A stretch of 47,159 nucleotides of DNA from Dehalococcoidia bacterium (GCA_030602805.1 JAUVZA010000002.1:1-47159), one strand, 5' to 3'; shown: positions 17,481 through 24,905, numbered from the stretch's first letter. Numbers and translations: made by a program. Notes: generated by a model not told the origin, from the sequence alone.

Positions 17481-17762
17481 ATGGCAAACTGTCTTAATCC
17501 TAAATCCCTTATTTGTCTTGACCGGAAATCCATAATCGATGCGGGCGGCTATCATCTATTTGGGTCCAGAATTTTTTCCGTTCTTGGTCTTGTGTTCGCT
17601 GTATTGGGGATTATTAGCGATGCTGCGAATGCTACTCTCGGCTTGGAGCCAATATCTTGGTTCCTGCTGGCAATTGGTGTTTCTGTAGTCGGCATAGCAC
17701 CTTGTATCGGCTGGGCGGTGGCTGTGTATCTCAAATCCATGGAAGCCAAGAAAGAGCAATAG
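17481..17762 (+). CDS. small 2-TM membrane protein, copy 1 (unknown family)
   Basis: AAGGAGG RBS. Reads MANCLNPKSLICLDRKSIIDAGGYHL... followed by two hydrophobic helices. It is 25 nt downstream of the ICMT gene. Confidence 0.65.
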   Translation: MANCLNPKSLICLDRKSIIDAGGYHLFGSRIFSVLGLVFAVLGIISDAANATLGLEPISWFLLAIGVSVVGIAPCIGWAVAVYLKSMEAKKEQ

Positions 17763-17882
17763 AATCCAGGTGAAGTAGTAGCTGCCTGAATTGCTTGCGT
17801 TGCCTTAACCATAGTATTATTATGGCGCAAAGAGGGGGATTTTTAAGCGCCTTTGGTGAAAATATGTTACAGGAGGTAAGCA

Positions 17883-18626
17883 GTGGAAGAGCAAACAGGA
17901 CAGCAGAAATTCGCAGTTCTAATAGATGGAGATAACGCCCAGGCATCCCTCCTCCCTCAGATCCTTGCTGAAGTTAGTAAGTTTGGTCTGATTACAATCA
18001 AGCGCATATATGGTGACTGGACTACTACTAACATGAACCAGTGGAGGGAGTCACTTCACAAGAACGCGATTCAACCTGAGCAACAGTTCAGGTATACCAT
18101 TGGAAAAAACGCAACCGATAGCGCCATGATAATAGATGCTATGGACTTATTGCATAGTAATAACGTCGAAGGCTTCTGTATCGTCTCCAGCGATAGTGAT
18201 TATACTCGCCTGGCAACTAGGATTCGAGAGGAAGGGCTCTTCGTCATAGGTGTGGGCGAGACTAGAACCCCAGAAGCTTTCAGGAATGCCTGTAACCAGT
18301 TCATATACTGTGAGAACCTTACCGAAGCCAAAGCACCGGCGAAAAAGACCAAGAAAACGAAGGGGACTCCCGATATGCCGGATCCTCTGCCCATTCTTAT
18401 AAAGGGATTTGAGATGGCCGCTAAAGAGGATGAATGGGCTTATTTGGCAGCGATTGGCAATAGCCTTCACCAGCTTGATCCAGCATTCGACCCTCGGACT
18501 TATGGTCATCAAAAACTACAGTCGCTACTTAAGGGATACCCAGAGACATTTGTGCTCAAACAGGATAGATCAAAGAAGCCACCGGTGGTTAATGTGGCAT
18601 TAACCCCTCAGTACAACAGAGGATAA
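17883..18626 (+). CDS. NYN (LabA-like) ribonuclease domain protein with a C-terminal OST-HTH/LOTUS domain
   Basis: FAVLIDGDNA...IYGDW...GKNATDSAMIIDAMD...IVSSDSDYTRLATRIRE. C-terminal WAYLAAIGNSLHQLDPAFDPRTYGHQKL. Confidence 0.85.
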   Translation: MEEQTGQQKFAVLIDGDNAQASLLPQILAEVSKFGLITIKRIYGDWTTTNMNQWRESLHKNAIQPEQQFRYTIGKNATDSAMIIDAMDLLHSNNVEGFCIVSSDSDYTRLATRIREEGLFVIGVGETRTPEAFRNACNQFIYCENLTEAKAPAKKTKKTKGTPDMPDPLPILIKGFEMAAKEDEWAYLAAIGNSLHQLDPAFDPRTYGHQKLQSLLKGYPETFVLKQDRSKKPPVVNVALTPQYNRG

Positions 18627-18666
18627 TTCACGCTCGTATGTTTACGCATACTGGCTAGCGTCGCAC

Positions 18667-18706
18667 AACCGCTAGGTTGTAGGTTCGAGTCCTACCCGGG
18701 GAGCCA
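18667..18706 (+). pseudogene. tRNA-Asn 3' fragment, second copy
   Basis: AACCGCTAGGTTGTAGGTTCGAGTCCTACCCGGGGAGCCA is identical to 15583-15622. Confidence 0.75.
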
Positions 18707-18799
18707 ATTTAATCTCTGGAGTGATACAATTAATATACATAATATGGCATTGGACCAGTTAGTACTATAAATTGTAGCCCACTATAAGAACCATGTCAT

Positions 18800-21709
18800 T
18801 TACGACTCTAGACCATACCTCTTTGCTCTCGTGATAAACGCTTCCTCTCCTCCCTCCATAATCTCGATAACGGCGCGAACAATAGCCTCCTTATCGATAC
18901 ATCCACGTTCTCTAAGTATACCCCTACTGTCGCTCAGTGCATCAAGGACTATCACCTGCTCAGCATCACCCGAGACAACGATATTTGGGTTATGGGTTGC
19001 CACGATGATTTGCCGCTTTTCTTTAAGATTTTTTAGGATGTCAACCAGCATTTTCCCGACTAGACGGTTGTCGAGATTATCTTCAGGCTGATCAATAATA
19101 AGAGGAATGTCTTCCACTAAGACAATAAGGGGGAGCATTGCGCTTGACCTTTGACCCGGTGATAATCCTTCAACAGCACGCCCATTGAGTAGAATACCCT
19201 CATCATCATCCCATTCCGTCTCTGCCATGTGCAGTATTTTCCCTAACTTCACCTTGTCTATAATTGGAACATCTGCATCAGAATCATGAGCAAATGGAAA
19301 TGTCGTCGAGGTGATTCCCTCTGCCATGCCTTCATCTACACCCATTTCTTGCCCATTAATGGTAAAACTCGACACCAATTTCGTGTGTTCTTTAGCTAGT
19401 AATGCTTCGGCCATTTCTATTGGACTACAGCTCAGGCTGAAACGCTCAGGCCAGAGGTTTGCCCGCCAGTGTCCGTGTAAATCTCCACTAAATATCCCGC
19501 TACTGTACAAATGGGCAATAAATTTTTCTCGATCTTGTCCTTGTCGGAATCGAAGCGAAATCTCCATTTCAGGTGTACTAAACTTATTAAGCTCGCTTTC
19601 AATTTCTTCTTTTCGCTTTAATCTTCTTTCGCTAATTTCACCCTGGATATCCTGGAGCGTATGAGCTATACCTTTCCATTCCGCTAATAGCGCCTCGAAT
19701 TCACTCCATGCTTCTATATACTCCCGCCTAAGGCCAGTTGCTTGCCTAAGTCTCTCGTCTGCTAGTCTACGTAATTCAGCTGCCGTCTGTTTCGTAGCCT
19801 CTTCACCGATTCTATCTCTAAGATCCTTTTCCTTTCCTTGCAGTTCCTCGTTTACTGTTCTAATCTCGCTCTGCAATTCCCCAGATATTGTCCTCAACAT
19901 CTGCATACCTGCTTCAAAGTGTTTAGTGGCTTCAGATATTTTCCCTTTAAGTTGATCGCGCCTAGGAGATTTATCCCACCAGTCATTAAGTACATCTTTT
20001 AATTCCTTACTTAATTCATCTATTCCAGGAATTATATCAATTTCCACTCTCTCTGATAATTTATTTAGCCAATCTTGAAGATCACCATCTATTTTCTTTA
20101 GTATTGACTCTTTTGCTTTTGCTATATCAATATCCCTGAATAAATCCTTTATCTCGACTGTATTGAGTTTATCAAAGTCAGATTGGTACTCTTTATACCT
20201 TTTGATTTCGCCCCCATTTCTTCCCATAACTGTTTCTAGTTTCGTGACTGCAGCAGCTATTTCTGCCCTTTTCCCTCTAATCATTAGTCTAACTTCGTCA
20301 CGTTTCTCGCTTGCTTGCTGAAATTCTGGGATTAATCTGTCAAGAAGCTCCCTCTGCCGACCTGCCTCCCTCCCTAGCGTCTCGATTTCACTCCACCCGA
20401 ATAACCTAACAGGATAGTTAGTCTCAATATTATGAATCTCTCGCACGTTTCCGTTTGCATCATAGACCCGCGTTGTACAGTCCTGCTTATTATCAAAGAT
20501 GCTCTCGAGTATATGATGCTCACCGTCCTCAGCTACATATACGAGTCGCATTACACAATCTGTTAAAGTAGCTCGCTGTAAACTCCGTGCTTTAGCGGCT
20601 AATTCTGCACCTGCCTTTTCCATTTCATTCAGATGTTTATTCTGGTCGAACATATATCGAAGTGATTCAATGATTGTGGATTTACCTGATCCCCGTGGCC
20701 CTATCATACATGTTAGATTATCGGAGAAGGCTACTCCGATATTCTCAAAAAAGCCGCTCTCACTTCCAGCAACAATTTCCATACCCAGAATTCGTGGGCA
20801 TGGCTTGGCGGGGACATCACTCGGAAACCTAATCCGTGTCTCTGCAAATCTCAGCGCTTGAACAAGATCTTCGAAACATACTGATGCCATCTTGATATAA
20901 GTTACTCTCTCCTGCGAATCAAGATCTTCTATACAATGGGCATCACCTTTCAGCAAAACGGCTATGCTCGTCTTCCGTCCGGTTATTTCGCTAACCCAAC
21001 AGTAATGCTCCTTATCGCTGCTCTTAGCCACTTCTATACCATCGAATCCTGCCGATAGTATCCAATCCTTGAATAATTCTGAAATACGCTTTTCTTCACC
21101 CGTCGATAGTTCTCCATTCGGTGCACAGAAAGTAATCCCGTCTCTTCCTAATTGTCTAAAAGTTCTTCGAGCTCCTCTGTCCGTGTCTATATGTGCCGCT
21201 ATGCATATCCCTCCACAATTGTGAATAACATCAACGAAGTCCTTAATTTGCCCAATTTCCTTTATCTCTTCATTACCTACCCGAGACTTCTCTTCGGGAA
21301 TGTACTGCGGTAGTATCCGGCAAATCCGTTCATGTGGTAACTTTTCCGGAAAGATTCCTAATATGTGAATACGAAAAGCATTAAGTGGGGGAGATGGTCG
21401 AATGTTTATTTCCATTCCAGGTAAAACGCATATACTGCTAGAAGTTAAAGTGTCTGATGCGCGACAAGCTAACCCGCATTTCATATGATCCGTTATCGCT
21501 ACCATATCTAGGTTGCTTTTAACAAGCTCAGCAAGGTATTCTTGTTCACTCTTAGCGTGCATTCCCTTACAATCAGTACCGCTTGCTGCGAAGGTCCTGC
21601 CATAGTCTGGACTGTCTGGGGAATGAGAATGAAGTACTACCTTACGAAAAAGCCCTACATCTTGCCTGTGCTCTTCTAATCGCCTTAATAATTCTGTATA
21701 ACCCGCCAT
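18800..21709 (-). CDS. PHP-domain phosphoesterase fused to an SMC/Rad50-like coiled-coil ABC ATPase (969 aa)
   Basis: PHP motifs: H27-x-H29, D74-H75, E100, H173, D256-x-H258. Walker A is GPRGSGKST (337-345). A charged heptad-rich region spans ~455-715. Then LSPGQR (849-854), Walker B LIIDQPED (869-876) and ATHNPN (~904-909). GGAGGGAAGA RBS. Confidence 0.8.
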   Translation of the reverse strand: MAGYTELLRRLEEHRQDVGLFRKVVLHSHSPDSPDYGRTFAASGTDCKGMHAKSEQEYLAELVKSNLDMVAITDHMKCGLACRASDTLTSSSICVLPGMEINIRPSPPLNAFRIHILGIFPEKLPHERICRILPQYIPEEKSRVGNEEIKEIGQIKDFVDVIHNCGGICIAAHIDTDRGARRTFRQLGRDGITFCAPNGELSTGEEKRISELFKDWILSAGFDGIEVAKSSDKEHYCWVSEITGRKTSIAVLLKGDAHCIEDLDSQERVTYIKMASVCFEDLVQALRFAETRIRFPSDVPAKPCPRILGMEIVAGSESGFFENIGVAFSDNLTCMIGPRGSGKSTIIESLRYMFDQNKHLNEMEKAGAELAAKARSLQRATLTDCVMRLVYVAEDGEHHILESIFDNKQDCTTRVYDANGNVREIHNIETNYPVRLFGWSEIETLGREAGRQRELLDRLIPEFQQASEKRDEVRLMIRGKRAEIAAAVTKLETVMGRNGGEIKRYKEYQSDFDKLNTVEIKDLFRDIDIAKAKESILKKIDGDLQDWLNKLSERVEIDIIPGIDELSKELKDVLNDWWDKSPRRDQLKGKISEATKHFEAGMQMLRTISGELQSEIRTVNEELQGKEKDLRDRIGEEATKQTAAELRRLADERLRQATGLRREYIEAWSEFEALLAEWKGIAHTLQDIQGEISERRLKRKEEIESELNKFSTPEMEISLRFRQGQDREKFIAHLYSSGIFSGDLHGHWRANLWPERFSLSCSPIEMAEALLAKEHTKLVSSFTINGQEMGVDEGMAEGITSTTFPFAHDSDADVPIIDKVKLGKILHMAETEWDDDEGILLNGRAVEGLSPGQRSSAMLPLIVLVEDIPLIIDQPEDNLDNRLVGKMLVDILKNLKEKRQIIVATHNPNIVVSGDAEQVIVLDALSDSRGILRERGCIDKEAIVRAVIEIMEGGEEAFITRAKRYGLES

Positions 21710-21867
21710 TCTTCCCTCCTATTTGGGTCTGCATACTTGCTATGTTTTAGAAAGCACCAACCCATATTCGCTATATACGAGAATTAGGGTATAATTTTCG
21801 CATACAGTATCGTTAATACTTACTCCGGGAGATAGGTGCCAAGCGTATTTATATATGCTCGCTCCAC

Positions 21868-21979
21868 AAGCCCCACGACGCGAAACGGGGCTTGCCTGAC
21901 TTTTAATAAGTGTCATACGCCTCGCGACCCAACCTTCAAGTACTTCACTATCGGGCGGGGCGCCACATCAAGAATCTGG
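21868..21979 (+). repeat. ~110-nt repeat family 2, copy 1
   Basis: AAGCCCCACGACGCGAAACGGGGC...GTGTCATACGCCTCGCGACCCA...GGGCGGGGCGCCAC...AGAATCT. Related copies lie at 36439-36497 and 38092-38201. Confidence 0.75.
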
Positions 21980-21993
21980 CGTCTTTATCTGTC

Positions 21994-22119
21994 CTATCTC
22001 TTTGGAGGGTTGTTTCCTCTGTCCCCACCTGATGGGTTGCCGGTTCTACTCGGCCAATTACCACCGCTTTTTCCTCCTCCTTTACCACTGCCTTTGCCTC
22101 CACTACTGCCTTTACCCAT
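21994..22119 (-). CDS. Gly-rich micro-protein, 41 aa (tentative)
   Basis: AAAGGAGGTAACGAT ATG. Reads MGKGSSGGKGSGKGGGKSGGNWPSRTGNPSGGDRGNNPPKR. Below the ORF-track cutoff. Confidence 0.4.
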   Translation of the reverse strand: MGKGSSGGKGSGKGGGKSGGNWPSRTGNPSGGDRGNNPPKR

Positions 22120-22173
22120 ATCGTTACCTCCTTTCAATAGCTTATTTCACATCATTATGCATGTTGGAGCTTG

Positions 22174-22202
22174 AGTCTAGTCCTATAGTGGGAGTTTGTC
22201 AA
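22174..22202 (-). promoter_or_regulatory. sigma70-like promoter TTGACA-N17-TAGACT (minus strand)
   Basis: Reverse complement of tgtcaa (22197-22202) and agtcta (22174-22179). Second copy of the conserved promoter/leader block seen at 10897-10965. Confidence 0.55.
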
Positions 22203-22273
22203 TGTGCAAAAAGAAACGTTTATACTACTTTAACAATTGAATAAATAATAGCCAGTTAGGCAAGGTAATATGA

Positions 22274-22864
22274 TTAACGTTCTAGGTCAACCAATCTGAA
22301 GTGAGACCTAAACTCTTCCACCATTTGTCGTATACGGCGTCTTCCTAAAGAAGTTTTATTTAGTTGGTTCAGTTCTTTTTCCCTATCGTTAACTTCCTCG
22401 CGCATACCCTCGAACATTTCGAAGTAGACTAACTTGGGGTCTTTACCCTTTGTCTGCCGCTGTTGACCGTCTCTATGCTCTTGCAACCTAACAGCTAGGT
22501 CCTTAGTTTGACCTGGATAGAATGTCGCATCAGAGAGTTTTAAGATATATACGTATCGTCGAAGGCGTTCTATGGTCTTATGGGATGCAACAGACCGTTT
22601 CTCCCACTCAATACCCGGCCAAGGGTTTACCTTACCACTCTCAATTAATTCTATAGCCAAGCAGTTATTACACATTAAAGGATGTTTATCATCTATATCA
22701 TCGGATAAATCCCAAATAATGAATTCAGCATTGCCATAGAACCAGTGACAAGAACTACATTCATCAAGCTCAAAAGCATCCCAGTCTTGCCAATGCTCTC
22801 GACATAGGGGTAAGTCATAAGTCGCGTTATTTTTACATCCCCATCTAGCACATGGTTGCCTCAT
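22274..22864 (-). CDS. GIY-YIG nuclease domain protein with an N-terminal Cys-rich (Zn-finger-like) region
   Basis: C-terminal YVYILKLSDATFYPGQTKDLAVRLQEH is a GIY-YIG signature. The N-terminus has CARWGC...CREH and CSSC...CNNC. Confidence 0.7.
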   Translation of the reverse strand: MRQPCARWGCKNNATYDLPLCREHWQDWDAFELDECSSCHWFYGNAEFIIWDLSDDIDDKHPLMCNNCLAIELIESGKVNPWPGIEWEKRSVASHKTIERLRRYVYILKLSDATFYPGQTKDLAVRLQEHRDGQQRQTKGKDPKLVYFEMFEGMREEVNDREKELNQLNKTSLGRRRIRQMVEEFRSHFRLVDLER

Positions 22865-23047
22865 TTACATACTCCGCTGATAAAGTGTAGCCATTATATC
22901 ATGTCTTAATGAAGGCAAAAAAGGAACCTTTTTAGTTAAAAGGAAAGTGCAAAGGACCTTGAGAAAGTTCTACCTATTGACCTGCACAGTCTACCGCATA
23001 GGTCCCAAACCAACAAGCAGTAAATATGATTGGCAACGATAACTTGC

Positions 23048-23935
23048 TTATTCCCGTTCCCCGAAAATACGGTCCAGCCAACCCGGCTCGAACCTGATAG
23101 GCTCATTAGGTGTATCATCACTGGGTTTCCCCAGCTCCTCAACCCCATAACCAGCTCTACGCCAGTGGCCAACGAGAACTTCGTCCTCCGTTTCATCGCC
23201 TACTCGAGGCTCTTCTGTACCATCAGGAAGCAGTTGATAGTCCTTATCGAGAAACGCCAGGAACGCTTCCTTATCTACCCTGAAGCGCTTGACTTTAGCT
23301 ACTTGCTCGCTAGCGCTGTCACTGTTGCTAACAGCTGCTTCACTATTGGCATCAAGCAAGCTACGACGGCTAGCTCCAGGTCCACCATCAGTGCCTGCTT
23401 GTGCAGCCTGTTCGCTAGCGCTACCATCTGCTTCTTGAGCTGCTTCGAGCGCTTCAGGCCTGCTTTGAGCAGCTAGCTCTGCTACTATAGCCGCTTTGTC
23501 CCTAGCACAGTCTTCACAGTTTTCCGCTTGGTCCCAGAGCGAACGGAGTTGGTGGTGAAGCTGTCCTTCCTGCCACTTGGTGAGCTCTTGATGAGCAGCT
23601 TGAGCAGCGCTTTCCGCTTTTGCCCTAGCTTCTGTCTCTTCTTGCAAGCGCTCGAGCATACTCTCCCTTAAATCATCGAACCTGCCATTAGCGGTATGAA
23701 GTTGTCCTTGTAGCTCCCGGGCATGGCTCTCCGAGTCCTCCAAGCGCCGCTCTAAGCGCTCTATAGAGCGCTTAACGTCATTTGATATCTCCGCTAGCGC
23801 TTCCTCCGGTGGGTTTCCATTATCCTGGTCTCTTACGATCGGGTGAGCTAACATCTTATGTCCGGCTAACCCAGCCCCGTTCTTTAGCTTCTTTCCACAG
23901 GTACCGCAAATATATCCTTCTTTCATGTCTGTCAT
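23048..23935 (-). CDS. C2H2 zinc-finger / coiled-coil / acidic protein, unknown function
   Basis: CGTCGKKLKNGAGLAGHKMLAH at the N-terminus, a coiled-coil ~50-130, then an Ala/Glu/Ser-rich low-complexity region. AAGGAGGG RBS. Confidence 0.6.
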   Translation of the reverse strand: MTDMKEGYICGTCGKKLKNGAGLAGHKMLAHPIVRDQDNGNPPEEALAEISNDVKRSIERLERRLEDSESHARELQGQLHTANGRFDDLRESMLERLQEETEARAKAESAAQAAHQELTKWQEGQLHHQLRSLWDQAENCEDCARDKAAIVAELAAQSRPEALEAAQEADGSASEQAAQAGTDGGPGASRRSLLDANSEAAVSNSDSASEQVAKVKRFRVDKEAFLAFLDKDYQLLPDGTEEPRVGDETEDEVLVGHWRRAGYGVEELGKPSDDTPNEPIRFEPGWLDRIFGERE

Positions 23936-24351
23936 ACCAATTTCCCTCCTTTGTGTATATGTATTTCCTCCCCTTTATTAGGAGAAATTGCCTATCTGCC
24001 CAGTCATGCGTTATCAACAATTAGGTAGAATTGTTGAGGCATATTCCCCTATGGCTGGTGGAGGAGACCGTACAAATATTAATCCTTGCTTTCTACTCAT
24101 TGCCGGCCTTACCCTCTTTGTTCGTTAACTGGAGGACAACTTCTCGCAGCTTGTCGGGGCGATGACCATTACCTCCAAGGGTCAGATTAAGCTGCTGTGC
24201 TAACTGTCCCAGGACAACAAGGTGGTCCAATAGATGTGGCAATAGTTGTGTGGGATCATCTTCGAGATATAGTTTAGAAGCATTAGGGTAACCGATAGCA
24301 AAAAGCTTGTTCAGGTAGCTGAGGTTACGTTCTAGCGAACTATCTGTGCAT

Positions 24352-24385
24352 GGCGGGGGGGTTCGACCCTCCCCCGTCTCCACCA
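24352..24385 (+). repeat. displaced copy of the ssrA 3' end (island att core)
   Basis: GGCGGGGGGGTTCGACCCTCCCCCGTCTCCACCA. The last 17 nt (24369-24385) are identical to tmRNA 4276-4292. Confidence 0.85.
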
Positions 24386-24728
24386 AACCCACCATTTCTC
24401 GCCCTGATTGCTTCGGGGCGTTTTCTTTTTGATCTTCGGGGCCGGGCTCACCTGACTCCTCGGGATTAAACACTATTACCTTGGAATCCGGTTTTTGTCT
24501 CAGTGACTCAAATAAACTGTAGAATGCAGGCTTTGGAAGCCACCCTACTATGCTGCGGCTAGCTATGAGGTCAATATAGACTGCATCAAGCATCCGAGTT
24601 AGAAGTCTGTGTTTTTCCTCTTTTCGCCTACCGGACAGTTTGCCCCGGAGCGCGAGCCTCTTTTTTCGCCCAAACTGGAAGCGATTCAATACCGTGCTTC
24701 GTTCTTCCTTTCCAAGTAAAGGCCTCAC
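24386..24728 (-). pseudogene. C-terminal remnant of a large serine recombinase
   Basis: ...RLLTRMLDAVYIDLIASRSIVGWLPKPAFYSLFESL resembles the C-terminal end of large serine recombinases. No catalytic domain is present. The track ORF 24093..24728 simply reads on through the ssrA copy. Confidence 0.45.
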
Positions 24729-24812
24729 ATCTAGGGTATCTAGCTGAATAAGGTCACCTGCTGGATAACCTGGTAATCCTTAGGCTTTCTAGGCGATAAG
24801 GGTCACATCTTC

Positions 24813-24841
24813 TTGACATTTGCCAATTGGCAAACTATTAT
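24813..24841 (+). promoter_or_regulatory. promoter TTGACA-N17-TATTAT with a 16-bp palindrome in the spacer
   Basis: TTGACA at 24813-24818 and TATTAT at 24836-24841. The spacer contains the perfect palindrome TTTGCCAATTGGCAAA (24819-24834). Confidence 0.55.
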
Positions 24842-24905
24842 TTAACTAGGGATGTAATAACAGGAAAAATCTGTAAGCTGGGAATAGGCAAGTTCTAAGA
24901 GGGGT

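Noticed and set aside
16877-17762. A reductive dehalogenase locus (rdhA/rdhB), given the Dehalococcoidia-like context and the small membrane proteins next to two-component genes.
   Set aside because: There is no ORF with a TAT signal, Fe-S cluster motifs or an RdhA-like sequence anywhere in the window. The small proteins have two helices and unrelated motifs.
21836-22174. The track ORFs 21836..22174 and 38023..38352 as paralogous proteins.
   Set aside because: Their similarity is confined to repeat family 2 and is stronger at nucleotide than at amino-acid level. One of them also overlaps the better-supported minus-strand Gly-rich micro-ORF.
24093-24728. The 211-aa track ORF as a real protein.
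   Set aside because: It reads antisense straight through the displaced ssrA 3' copy (GLVETGEGRTPPP, the same artefact as the integrase C-terminus). It joins a recombinase C-terminal scrap to unrelated sequence and has no RBS or plausible start.
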